Source: Alphaproteobacteria bacterium (lineage in GTDB: Bacteria > Pseudomonadota > Alphaproteobacteria > UBA828). Taken from it: 64,000 nt of DNA. Shown in pieces: positions 37,812-48,568 of the stretch. The notes under the pieces are model-generated. The model made no database searches and had not been told where the DNA came from. It saw only the letters and a list, made by a program, of their open reading frames with translations. The DNA lies in contig CBDCCI010000002.1 in the NCBI GenBank assembly GCA_965214705.1, forward strand, positions 2,592,001-2,656,000, given 5' to 3'. The first letter of the stretch is position 1, and each line of letters begins with the position of its first letter. A program made the translations under genes and the position numbers.

Positions 37812-38076
37812 GCGCACGGCGGAAAAGGAATCGGAGGAAGCGGTGCTGACGCGCATTCGCAATGCGCTCGCCTTCCTGGTCGAACTGAGGATGCGGGAGA
37901 TGGTGCGTGACGCCCGCGAGTACGAGCTCAAAGCGTTGCTGACAGATTTGTTCGGGGAGTGGCGGCGGCGACAGTGGAGCGACCCAACGCACGCATGGGC
38001 ACTGAGGGCCTGGACCAGCCATGATCTGAGGGCGCCCCGACGGCGGGTCACATGGAAAGACCGCCGCGGTCGCGCG
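37812..38076 (+). repeat. Copy 1 of a ~265-bp diverged direct repeat (gene fragment)
   Basis: Encodes 'EAVLTRIRNALAFLVELRMREMVRDAREYELKALLTD'; matches 42468-42735. Confidence 0.8.
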
Positions 38077-38310
38077 TCTTCGCCTTGCGGCGCTCCCGCT
38101 TCTGCTGGTCCTGCTGCTTTTGATCGCGGTCGATCTCGGCCTGGTCCCCCTTGAGGTCGGTCTCGATCTGCGCCGACAGCCGTTTCCTCTCGACCGCCGC
38201 GCCGGCGCGGCGGTCGAGGTGCTTCCTGAAGGTCTCGGGTTCAAGCCCGAAACAAGATGCCTCCCGCTCTCACGCCGCTCTTCGAAGAATCCCCGTCGTA
38301 GTTAATCCTA

Positions 38311-39529
38311 GTGTCATGTCACATACGATATGTCGCCCATTTCATGATAGCTTTCTCGTCGTCGCACGACGGCGAGGAGGCTGGCATGAAGCGTTACGTG
38401 GTGACTTTGGAGAAGGAGGAGCGGGACGAGCTCGCAGAGATCACGCGCAAGGGCTCTCATCAGTCACAGAAGGTGATCAACGCGCTGATCCTGCTCAACT
38501 GCGACGAAGGCGAGTTCAACGAGCACCGGGCGCACGGGGAGGCCATTGCGGAGATCCTGCGCATCAGTGCGCGCAAGGTGGAGCGGGTCAAGAAGCGTTT
38601 CGTCGAGGCGGGCATGGCGGCGGCGCTCGGTGGCCGGCAGGGTCGCCGTCCCAGCTACGTGCGCAAGGCCGACGGCGAGTTCGAGGCGCACTTGGTGGCG
38701 CTGAGCTGCGCCGAGCCGCCGGAGGGCCACTCGCAGTGGTCGCTGCGGTTGCTGGCGGACCGCATCGTGGAACTCGGCCACATCGACAGCGTGTCGCACG
38801 AGACGGTGCGCCGGGTGCTAAAAAAAACGCAATCAAGCCGTGGCGGCGCGTCGGCTGGGTGATTCCCCCACAGGGCAACGCGGACTTCGCCGCGGCGATG
38901 GAGAAGGTTCTCGACGTCTACCGGCGTCCCTACGATGCAGCCTTTCCGGTGGTGTGCATGGACGAGACGCCCCGGCAACTGATCGGCGAGACACGCGAAC
39001 CGGTTCCGGCAGCGCCGGGTCGGCCGGCGCGCGAAGACTACGAGTACCGACGTTGCGGAAGCTGCAACGTGTTCATGGCGACCGAACCCCTGGCCGGGCG
39101 GCGTATGACCAAGGTGACGGCGCGCAGAACCAAAACCGACTGGGCGCACTTCCTCAACGACATCGCCGAGCGCCACCCCCGCGCCAAGAGGATCACGCTT
39201 GTGATGGACAACCTGAACACCCACCGCCCCGGCGCCCTCTACGAGGCATTTCCGCCGGACCAGGCCAAGGCGCTGTGGGACCGCTTCGAGTTCGTCTACA
39301 CGCCCAAGCACGGCAGTTGGCTCAACGTCGCCGAGGTCGAGCTCAACGTCATGATCCGTCAGTGTCTCAACCGCCGCATCGCCTCCCTCGAAGTCCTGCG
39401 CGACGAGGTCGCGGCTTGGCAGGCGTCCCGAGACCGCATCCGGGGCAACGTCAACTGGCAGTTCACCACGGACGACGCACGGGTGAAGCTGAAACGCCTC
39501 TATCCGACAGTTGATGAATGACAGGACAC
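38311..39529 (+). mobile_element. IS630-family element
   Basis: TIR GTGTC(A/C)TGTCA, TA duplication at 38309-10 and 39530-31. Confidence 0.92.
38386..39521 (+). CDS. IS630 transposase, two ORFs joined by a -1 frameshift at the A-run ~38820-38828
   Basis: ORF A 'WSLRLL..SHETVRRVLKK'; ORF B 'CMDE', 'MDNLNTH', 'TPKHGSWLNVAE'. Confidence 0.9.
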
Positions 39530-39629
39530 TAGACCGGTATGGGGTCTCCATACCGCTCACGGCGAAGCCGCAAGAGCCGCTCGGGTACATCGGCTCATCC
39601 TGTTGTTGCAGGTGTATGGGCAGCGCGCC

Positions 39630-40487
39630 TCAGAGCTCCGGGCCAAGATACTTGTTGAAGAAGGCGATCATGCGACGCTGCGAATCGTGGCGTGCCCCAG
39701 CGTCGCCCATCACCGTGTGCATTTTTCCGCCGTCGCCCTCCACGTAGTACGGTCCTTTCATCGGCAGGTCGAAGGAATGGTGTGCGCGCGGATACACCTT
39801 CAACCTGAGGACGGGTTTGTGGCTGACCTGTTGAGCGATCTCGTGGAGATCCTTGCATCGGTCCGCCGGTGTCCAGTCATCCTTGCCGCCGACCAGAATC
39901 AGGACAGGACGTGCCAGGGAATGAGCCCAGCTCGACTCGCACCAGGGATAGTAGGCGACCAGCGCGGCAAACGTGCCCTGGCCCTTACGCGTGCGGGCAT
40001 TGATGTAACCTCCCTGTGCGAGTCGCGAGGCGGTTCCGCCGCCGAGCGACTGACCGACGTAACCGATGCGGTCTTCATCCACGAACGGCATCGCTGCCAA
40101 ACGGTCGAATGCGGCGTACGCGTCTCGGACCTGCACGGGATAGTAGGACAACGGATGCTGACATCCATCGGTGATGCGGCGCCGGTGGAAGCTGTCGATG
40201 ATCAGCGTGACGTATCCCTTCTTTTTCAACAGCTTGGCGTGTTGAAGCAGTCCGTGCCACACCGTCTGATGTTGCGTATCCCTCTCGGTACCGCCGCAGC
40301 CGTGCGTCAGTACGACGGCAGGAAAGGGACCCTCGCCGTCCGGTTTCGAGAGCAGGAATTGCGGTCCCGTGCTCTCCTCTGCGGTGGCGATCGAGATTGC
40401 CGTTCCCTGCAGCAGACACGCCGCGATGGCAAGCGTGACAACCGCGATCAAGGCGCCTGTGGCGCCATACCTGTTGGCAATTCTCAT
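39630..40487 (-). CDS. Secreted dienelactone hydrolase-family alpha/beta hydrolase
   Basis: Signal peptide; 'PAVVLTHGCGG', GQSLGG nucleophile elbow, 'GKDDWTP', 'YPRAHHSFD'. Confidence 0.9.
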   Translation of the reverse strand: MRIANRYGATGALIAVVTLAIAACLLQGTAISIATAEESTGPQFLLSKPDGEGPFPAVVLTHGCGGTERDTQHQTVWHGLLQHAKLLKKKGYVTLIIDSFHRRRITDGCQHPLSYYPVQVRDAYAAFDRLAAMPFVDEDRIGYVGQSLGGGTASRLAQGGYINARTRKGQGTFAALVAYYPWCESSWAHSLARPVLILVGGKDDWTPADRCKDLHEIAQQVSHKPVLRLKVYPRAHHSFDLPMKGPYYVEGDGGKMHTVMGDAGARHDSQRRMIAFFNKYLGPEL

Positions 40488-40549
40488 CCTTGTCCCTCCG
40501 CGCCCGGCGCCGATGAGAGCAATGCCCCCGGCGAGCGGACGTCGCCGCG

Positions 40550-40780
40550 TCGGGCCGGGATGCTTGTTGAAGAAAGCGATCATGCGCCGCTGCGAAATCG
40601 TTGCGCGCTCCAGCGCTCCCACTTCGCCGTATGAAACACGCGAGGGTAGCCTCGGCATGGTACGGCCCTTGCATGGACTTATCAAAGGACCGGTGGGCGC
40701 CCGGATACACCATCAACTCGACGACGGGTTTGTTGCTGGCCCGTTTGGCAATGTCGAGGAGCTTCTCGCATCGGTCCGTA
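40550..40780 (-). pseudogene. Frameshifted C-terminal remnant of a tandem dienelactone hydrolase paralog
   Basis: 'DRCEKL..KPVVELMVYPGAHRSFD..QGPY' and 'SQRRMIAFFNKH' parallel the end of 39630-40487. Confidence 0.8.
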
Positions 40781-41339
40781 CCCCGCATCCGCGTTCCCGC
40801 GCCGTGATCGCCTCACGACAAATGCCCATTGTTCGTGCTTTGTGCAGAAATGGACATCGGCGCCGACAGGCCGAATGACGAGACTGGACGATGATTCCAC
40901 CCGGAAGCGCTCGACACGGGCGGGTGTCGAAGTGAAGCCTGGACGCGTGGTCCGAAAGCGAATGCGCCGAACTGCATTTCTGACGAACCCGATGCTTCAC
41001 CGCGACGCCCCGCATTCAAGTGAAAGCCGGAATGAAGCGTAGTCGTCCGGCGAAGGCCGCAGGTCATGCGGCCAGAACCTGTTGCCAGTGCTTTGCCACA
41101 GTGGGCTCGCGGAGCGGAGCGTCCGCCCCTTTAGACGAATACCCCGCAGATGGTCGAGCCGGAACTGTTCGCGCCGCCGGGAACGAGATGATCAGGATAT
41201 CCGCCTGCGCCCTCGCCCGCGCCCTCTCCGTAAGGCTCGCTGGGTCACTGCGGCACGGCGGATGACTCAACGGAGTGACGTACTTCACAAGGCGCTCGCC
41301 TCGTTGCTATCGTTCCCCTAGGCCTCGCTCCGAAAGGGA

Positions 41340-42206
41340 ATGCCCATGTCTATCAGGCCGTTTCTGCTCATCGTGGCGCTATTCGCGTTGTCGGGCTTCG
41401 CTCAGCCTGGCTTGCACAACAGCACCAAGGTGTTCACCGATCCCTCGGACATGCGCTCATCCGATTGGTCGGACCCCGCAGAGATGGAACGGACGTGGCA
41501 AGCCGCCTTGGTCCGCATCCCGAAATCGCGTGGAAGCTTCGACAGCACGACTATGGCCGAGCTGGAGGAGGGCGCCCTCTCTCCTGTGGGTGTTTGGCCT
41601 ACGGTGATCTACATGCACGGCTGCACAGGGTTCTGGTCCGGCACAAAGACCCGGATCGATTTCCTGGCTCGCAACGGATACGCCGTCATTGCGCCGGCGA
41701 GCCTTGCCCGACTCAAGTACCCGCTGTCCTGTCGCCCGGCTACCCATCAAGGCGGCCTTTACCGCCCGACGCTCAAGATGCGCCAGAATGACGCTGGCTA
41801 TGCCATTGCGAAGGCCAAGACCCTTCCATGGGTCGACAGCTCGAACGTCTTCCTCATGGGGCTCAGCCAAGGGGGAATTACGACGGCAACGTTCTCATCT
41901 TCGCGCCGTGAGCATTCCCTTCGAGCGCGGATTGTTGAGGGCTGGACCTGCCACGCGGGCTGGACCGAATACGCTGGAGTAAACGCACCGGAATCCGAGC
42001 CTGTGCTGACCCTGGTGGGGGCCAAAGATCCGTGGTTCCAGAGTCACTGGAACCGGGGTTCGTGCGATCGTTTTCTCAGCAAGTCGAATGGAAGTCGCTC
42101 CGTGGTTTATTCGAAGGGACGCTTGAGCACTCGCCACGAACTCCTGGAGTCACGCACGGTTAAGAAAACAGTCTTCGATTTCTTGAAGAGACACCGGTCG
42201 CGCTAA
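41340..42206 (+). CDS. Secreted dienelactone hydrolase-family protein
   Basis: Signal peptide; 'PTVIYMHGCTG', GLSQGG, 'GAKDPW'. Confidence 0.85.
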   Translation: MPMSIRPFLLIVALFALSGFAQPGLHNSTKVFTDPSDMRSSDWSDPAEMERTWQAALVRIPKSRGSFDSTTMAELEEGALSPVGVWPTVIYMHGCTGFWSGTKTRIDFLARNGYAVIAPASLARLKYPLSCRPATHQGGLYRPTLKMRQNDAGYAIAKAKTLPWVDSSNVFLMGLSQGGITTATFSSSRREHSLRARIVEGWTCHAGWTEYAGVNAPESEPVLTLVGAKDPWFQSHWNRGSCDRFLSKSNGSRSVVYSKGRLSTRHELLESRTVKKTVFDFLKRHRSR

Positions 42207-42467
42207 ATTTGCGGCGGCCTTGCCAAGCCGTCTGTTCGAGTTCGCGGCTTCCGAGTCTGACCTAATCCGCATTTCTCACCACTGTTGTTAAACGCTCAGA
42301 TTGGACGTTGATTAGCGCGGTAATTCATTGATTTTGTTGGAGTATTTCTTAGCTGAGTGGGTTTTGCCATGTCAAGCCTTAGCACACATCACAACAGCTT
42401 CAGCTAGGCAAGACCTTTTTGTTATATTTCCGGGGGCAACAAAGCGCGCTTATCAACACATTGCCGG

Positions 42468-42735
42468 GCGCACGGCGGCGGGGGAATAGCAGGAAGCGGC
42501 GCTGACGCGCATCCGCAACGCGCTCGCCTTCCTGGTCGCGCTGAGGATGCGGGAGATGGTGCGCGGCGCCCGCGAGTACGAGCTGAAGGCGCTGCTGACG
42601 GACTCGTTCGGCGGGCGGGCTGCGGCGGCAACCGTGGAGCGTCTCAACGCGCATGGGTACGGAGGGCCTGGATCAGCCATGATCGAAGACTGCCCCGCGG
42701 GGGACGTCACATCGAGAGACCGCCGCGGTCGCGCG
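42468..42735 (+). repeat. Copy 2 of the ~265-bp diverged direct repeat
   Basis: Encodes 'EAALTRIRNALAFLVALRMREMVRGAREYELKALLTD'. Confidence 0.8.
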
Positions 42736-44286
42736 GCTGGCCTTGTCGGCGACCACCGGCAACTGCGCGCGGTCGAAGCCGACCGGCCCTTCGGCCTGCT
42801 GCAGGACGCCGGAATGCCCACAGCGACGCGGACCTGCGGGCTGCAGTCCTGCACGTGGTGACGGACGAGCCGCGTATGGCGGTGGAGGGGCTCGGCAACG
42901 GCGTTCTGGAGACGGAGAGCGACGATCTCAGCGGGAAGGCGTCACACCTCCAAGTCGGGTCGTAGGGACCACTATATCGGGATAATTCCGGCATATAGCG
43001 GGATATTGGTTGACCATACATGGGCTTAGCGGTCACCGGAGGCGTCTGGTGGTTCGCTCCGGCGAGGTGACCGCACCAATAGGTAAAGTCGAATCCGGCT
43101 TCGCATCGGGCCTGGGTGGCTCCTGCAAAGACCCGAGGCCTCGTCGTGCTGTGCGGCTTGAGCAGAGTCGGCCAATCGCCCTGCGGATCCGCCCCGGGGC
43201 TCACACCGGTCCACAGTTGACTCAATGAGCGGCCCAGCATACATATCGGGCCATGCAAGTTGGCCTTCACCAGTTTCACGCCGACACGATCGAGTGGTTG
43301 AGCAAGGCGGTCCTGGAGGAGGGCCGCACTCGCAGTTCTCTTGCCCGCGATCTCTGCGCGCTGGAGGACTGGACCGGCGATCGGGGCGAGCACTGCCTTG
43401 CGTCGGCGCGCAAGGCTCTGCCGGTTCTGGCGGACAAGCTGGGGCTCGCGCTGCCGGCGGCGCGGGCGGCGTTCGGCCGGGGGCGTCGCGAGGGTGCGGC
43501 CATCGAAGCCTTCCCCGATCTCTCGCTTCGCTGTCGGCTCACGGATTTGGGCTCGGTGACGCTGGAGTTGGTCGACGGCGATGCCGAGCGGCGCCTGTGG
43601 CAAGCGATGATTGCAACGCACCACCCGCAGGGCTGGGCGCGGGCTCCGGGCGGGCAGCTGCGCTACTGGGTGCGTTCCTCGCTTCATGGCCGCCTCGGCG
43701 GCATCGGGTTTTGCGCCGCGAGCTGGCACCAGAAGGCGCGCGACGACTTTATCGGCTGGTCGGCGGACGCGCGGGCTTTGAACCTGCCGCTGGCGATCAA
43801 CAACCATCGCTTCCTGCTTCTGCCCGGCGTGCGCGTCCACGGTCTGGCCTCGCGGGTGCTGGAGCTGGCGGCCGGCCGCGTGGCGGGAGACTGGGAGGCG
43901 GCGTACACCGCGCGCCCGGTCCTGGCCTACAGCTATGTCGGCCCCGAGCATGCCGGCACCTGCTACCGGGCGGCGGGCTGGCGGTGCTGTCCCCAGCACA
44001 CCTCGGGCCAGCCGCCGGGGTCCGCCGCCGGGGCGGCGCGGACGGTGTGGATGAAGCCGCTGGCGGCGGATTGGCAGGCCATCTTGTGCGCCGAGCCGGC
44101 GCGGGATATCCGTGCGGCGCCGGCGTTGCACATGGACGAGGACACGGACTGGGCGGGGCGGGAATATGCGCGCAGCACGCATCCTGACGGCCGGGTCCGC
44201 GATCGGATCGAGCGCATGGGACGGGCGTGGCTGGAGCGCCCGGGGGCCGCGATCCCGGCGATCTTTCCGGCCAAGCCGGATCGCAA

Positions 44287-46382
44287 CCCATCTTTGCCAT
44301 TTTGGCGCGCGCCTGCGACCTAAGTAGTTGCGATGATGGGCTGATTTTCTGGCCCATCTGGGATTATGGCACTACGTTTGTGCGCTCATCGCGACACTCC
44401 CGGGAGCACCGCCCGGCGCCTGTGGGGATCCACCGTGAGGCCCGCCGCCTGCGCGATGACGCGCGCCTCGGCGTCGGGTTGAGCATCCTGGCGGATGACG
44501 ATGCGGTTTCCGTCCACCTCCCGGATGGTGGAGGTGAGACGCACCCAGCCCGCGAGCTTGTCGCGGATCGTACTCCAGCGGTCATGCAAGCCGTGCGCCG
44601 CCAGACGGGTTCGCAGCAGATGAACCGCGTGGTAGGCGAGGACGGCGATGAACAGGTGGGCGGCGATGCGCGAGGTCTTGGAGTGCCAGACCGGGCGCAG
44701 GCCGATTTCGGATTTCAGGCTGCGGAAGGTGGCCTCGAGCTCTGTGAGCTTCCAGTAGGTTCGGACCACGGTTTCAAGATCCCACTCGACGTGGCTGGTG
44801 CGCAGCACATAGATGCCCGCTTGGCGGTCGCGCTCGGCATGGAGAGCGTTGCGCCTCCAGCGGACCGCACTGGCCCGCCCCTTCTCTCCGGGCTCGACCT
44901 CGATGTCGTACTGACGGTGGACGCGCCTGTACCTTTCCTTCAGCCGGCCCAGCTTCTCCATCACCTTGGTGAACTGCTTGATGTGGTTCTTCTTCGACAG
45001 CCCGCCATGCAGGGCGCGCAGGGCGTCCTCGAAGTTGTGACGCTGACGGGCGAGCACGGCCTCGTCCTTCTGCTGGCGCTCATGGCTCCAGACGCACAGG
45101 TGCGCTTCGTCGTCCCCTGCCGCGAGACGCCAGGCGCGGGCATCGTGGCCGGCCCGGGTTTCGAAGGCGGCATCGGCTTCGCGCCCGGGCGGCGCCGAGA
45201 CGCCGCGGCGAACGGTGATCCAGTGATAGCCGCCCGCCCGCAGCCAGGCGAGGTTGGCCTCGGTGGAGATGCCGGCGTCCATGATGACCGTGGGCCTGGG
45301 GGCGTTGCTGCCGCGCGCTTGGCATTCCAGCCGCCCGATGGCGTCGGCGAGAGTGGCCGGCTCGGAGATGTTGCCGGGCAGGATCTCGCTGTGCTGCGGA
45401 AAGCCGGCCTGGTTCAGCGACAGGGCCAGGGTCACGATCGGACAATCGTCACGCCTCTGCTTCGAGCGCCCGAAGCGGGCCAGCGCGGAGCTGGGCCGTC
45501 CGGTCATATGGGTGTTGGTCAGGTCGAAGAAGACGATGGTGTCGGGGATGCCGAAGAGATCGCGCTCCCGGGCGCACAGCGCCTCTTCAAGCGCCGCGCG
45601 GTGACGCCACAAGAGGTCGCCGATGCGGTAGAGCTTGCTGAGCGTGAGCGACTTGCCGCTGTCGACATCGAGCAACTCCAGGGTCGCGCTGTTCGCGCTC
45701 AGCCAGCGGAAGGCCTCGCGCTCGCTGGAGGGATGGATCATGCGCGCGACCACCAGTGCCGCCGCGATGCGTGCGTCGCGCTCACTTGCGCCCAGCCTCT
45801 CCAGCGTCTCGATGAAGCGAAGGTCGTCAAGCGCGGCGAGAGCCAGGCGCTCGCAGCCCACCGAGCGGACCTGTTCGTGGGAGAGGCTATCGAGACGGAC
45901 CGTGGCCAGGTCGCTCTCGTCCCCGGGCCGCGACGCGCCGAGATCGCGGGCGTGAAGCCGCCGTACGACGTCCTCGGCGACGGGGCGCAAGGCGGCATCC
46001 GGCTCCAGCAGCGGCTCGCTGCCGGCGAGAAGGGTTTCGATCAGAAGCGCCAATTCGCGCCATTGCTCCTCGGGCACACCGAAGTCGGCGCCGAGATTGA
46101 GGAGCGTGACCTGGCGCACCCTTCCGCCGATGCGTTCGCTGCGCACGAGGCGGTAGGTGGCATAGCGCTCGCCACCGTCTCCGCGACCGGTGAGGGTTTT
46201 GCGAATGAACATGGCGGCAGGGTCACGGACAGTTTGCGGACTGTCAAGGAGCGCCGGCCCACAGACCAAAGATTATGGCACTACAATGGACTTCCCAAAA
46301 CACAATCCAACAAAATCAGTGCCTTAGATCCCAAAGGCTACCCAAAATCAGGCCTTCGGGACCGAAAAGTGGCAAAGATGGG
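44287..46382 (-). mobile_element. IS1634-family element
   Basis: Perfect 13-bp TIR CCCATCTTTGCCA; TSD GCAA; sub-terminal repeat GATTATGGCACTAC near both ends. Confidence 0.9.
44386..46212 (-). CDS. IS1634-family transposase
   Basis: 'MFIRKT..YRLVRSER', 'FFDLTNT', 'GRSKQ', 'MDAGI', 'YWKLTELEATFRSLK', 'RPVWH'. Confidence 0.92.
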   Translation of the reverse strand: MFIRKTLTGRGDGGERYATYRLVRSERIGGRVRQVTLLNLGADFGVPEEQWRELALLIETLLAGSEPLLEPDAALRPVAEDVVRRLHARDLGASRPGDESDLATVRLDSLSHEQVRSVGCERLALAALDDLRFIETLERLGASERDARIAAALVVARMIHPSSEREAFRWLSANSATLELLDVDSGKSLTLSKLYRIGDLLWRHRAALEEALCARERDLFGIPDTIVFFDLTNTHMTGRPSSALARFGRSKQRRDDCPIVTLALSLNQAGFPQHSEILPGNISEPATLADAIGRLECQARGSNAPRPTVIMDAGISTEANLAWLRAGGYHWITVRRGVSAPPGREADAAFETRAGHDARAWRLAAGDDEAHLCVWSHERQQKDEAVLARQRHNFEDALRALHGGLSKKNHIKQFTKVMEKLGRLKERYRRVHRQYDIEVEPGEKGRASAVRWRRNALHAERDRQAGIYVLRTSHVEWDLETVVRTYWKLTELEATFRSLKSEIGLRPVWHSKTSRIAAHLFIAVLAYHAVHLLRTRLAAHGLHDRWSTIRDKLAGWVRLTSTIREVDGNRIVIRQDAQPDAEARVIAQAAGLTVDPHRRRAVLPGVSR

Positions 46383-47908
46383 GCAAGGCGGCCTACCGAC
46401 TGCTGTCGAGCGGGAAGGTGAGCATGGAGCACATCCTGGAGCCGCACCAGGCAACGATGGTGGAGCGCTGCCAGCTTGAGGACATCGTTCTCGCGATCCA
46501 GGACACCACCACGCTGAACTACGACGGGCTCGCGGCGACCGAAGGCCTCGTCGGGGTGGGCGGCGGCGGCAAGGGCGCCTGCGGGTTGGTGGCGCATGTC
46601 GGCTTGGCGGTCAACGTGGCCGGGCGGCCGCTCGGCGTGTTCGCGCTCGATGCGACCTTCCGCGACGGCAATGACGAGGACAGGGAGAGCGTGCGCTGGG
46701 AGCACGGGCACGACCGCGCGCAGGAGTTGGCCCGCGCCTGTCCCGCGACACAGGTGGTCACGGTCTGCGACCGGGAAGCCGACATCTGGGCGTTGCTCGA
46801 AACTGCGGTGTCCCAAGGCGCCGGGCTCCTCGTGCGCGCGAACCGTTCGCGGCGACGAAAGGTCATCCTGGAGACCGGCGAGAAGGAGGACCTGTGGAAG
46901 CATGTCGCCGCTCTCCCGCGCCTTGCCGGCAAGACCGTGGAGATCGGCGCCTGCGGCGGCAAGCGGGCGCGGTCCAGGCGTACGGCAACGCTCGAGCTGC
47001 GCGCCGCCAGGGTCAGCCTGGCGCCACCGCGCGACGCCGAGAGCCCGGAGCCGGTCGACGTGCTCGCCGTGTCCGCGACCGAACCCAACCCGCCCGCCGG
47101 CAAGGACCCGCTCAACTGGCTGCTGTTCAGCACCGAGGGCAGCGCCGACGCCGAGACCGCCCAGACCGTCGTCACCTGGTACGAGCGCCGATGGACCATC
47201 GAGGAGTACTTCAAGGTCCTGAAGACCGGCACCCGCGTCGAGGACCGAAAGCTCGACCACGCCGATGACCTGCGAAAGTGCGTCGCCTTCGATGCCATCA
47301 CCGCCTGCCACGTCTTCGATCTCGAACGGATCGCGCGCGACACGCCGGACATTCCGGCCAACCACATCGTCTCCGACGACGAAATCGCCATCCTCTACAT
47401 CAGGCTGATGGCCTACGGCATGGTTCGAGCCCGCCCGCCGCCAGACAAGCCCCCGGATATCCGCACCTTCGTCATCGACGTCGCAAGGTTCGCTGGCTTC
47501 GATCCACGAAAACACCAGCCTCTGCCGGGAACCCAACTGCTCTGGAAAGGCTATGTCTACCTGCGACACGCCACCATCACCTACCGTGCCTTGAAGGACT
47601 TGGACATGATCAAGAATGGGACTGACTCAACAGTGGGTAGTTGAGAGGCCCCGGGGGCAGTCGGACTTCCCAGGGCAGTGTTGGGTAAAGGCTCTCGGCT
47701 CCAATCGACCGTCTCCAGCCAGTCGAGCGCCAGGGCTCGTCGCAAATGGTGCCGATCGGCGTGCGGGACGTCTGCGTTCCCCGGCGCGGCAATCGACTGG
47801 TTCTTCGCGCTCAACGCCTACCCTAGCGTACGGAACCGAGGCTATCCTGCTGCTCGGAGCGCCGGGGCCACAACCGCATCTAGTCTTGGACACTCTGGAA
47901 GTCATGAC

Positions 47909-48565
47909 ATGACGACGCAAAATCTCGTCCTCTGGGGCGCCTGCACGATGCGGACCCACCGCACCCTGTGGCTCGCAGAAGAATTGGGCCTCGACTACGA
48001 GCACCGCCCCATCGGCCCGCGCACCGGCGAGACCAGGACCGCCGAGTTCCTGGCCATCAACCCGCGGCACAAGATTCCGGCGATGGTCCACGGCGACGTC
48101 TGCCTGACCGAGAGCGCAGCGATCATGACCTACATGACCGAGACCTTTCCGGTACCGGATCACGTCTATGTGCCCGACGACGCGCTCGGGCGGGCGCGGC
48201 TGCTCGAATGGTGCTTCTTCACCATGAGCGAGCTCGACGCCAACGCGATCTACAGCATCCGGCGTCACGGCGACCTGGTCGAGATATACGGCGCCTCGCC
48301 GATCGCCGTCCGCGCGGCAATCGAGTACTTCGACCACCAGCTGGAATGCATGGAGGAACGGATCACCGGCGCAGGCCAGTTCCTGATGGGGGAGAAGATC
48401 AGCGTCGCCGACATTCTCTTCATGTCCTGCCTGGATGCCGCCGAGCACTACGAGCTCGCCTTGCCGGGCTGGCTGCGCGACTACCGCATCCGCATGCGGG
48501 CGCGCCCGGCCTATGCGGAGACCTATCCGCGCAACTATGGCGGGCGCAGCGCGCCGGAGATCTGA
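47909..48565 (+). CDS. Glutathione S-transferase family protein
   Basis: 'INPRHKIPAM', 'ESAAI', 'ISVADI', 'RPAY'. Confidence 0.92.
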   Translation: MTTQNLVLWGACTMRTHRTLWLAEELGLDYEHRPIGPRTGETRTAEFLAINPRHKIPAMVHGDVCLTESAAIMTYMTETFPVPDHVYVPDDALGRARLLEWCFFTMSELDANAIYSIRRHGDLVEIYGASPIAVRAAIEYFDHQLECMEERITGAGQFLMGEKISVADILFMSCLDAAEHYELALPGWLRDYRIRMRARPAYAETYPRNYGGRSAPEI

Positions 48566-48568
48566 GCC

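Larger units (their letters stand above)
43253..47644 (+). pseudogene. DUF4338 (DruA-like)-Tn5-type transposase fusion, 763 aa reconstructed
   Basis: N-half 'QLRYWV..RDDFIGWS..NNHRFLLLPGVRVHGLASRVL..GTCYRAAGW'; junction 'PDRK-AAYRLL'; C-half 'IQDTTTLNY', 'CDREAD', 'YERRWTIEEYFKVLK'. Confidence 0.88.
43200..47647 (+). mobile_element. IS4/IS50 (Tn5-like) element with DUF4338-fused transposase, interrupted by IS1634
   Basis: Imperfect 25-bp TIR (18/25); 9-bp TSD GCCCCGGGG 43191-99/47648-56. Confidence 0.85.

Noticed and set aside
43253-44286. Complete Druantia defence system
   Set aside because: No DruE helicase or DruB-D genes; the DUF4338 domain is part of a transposase.
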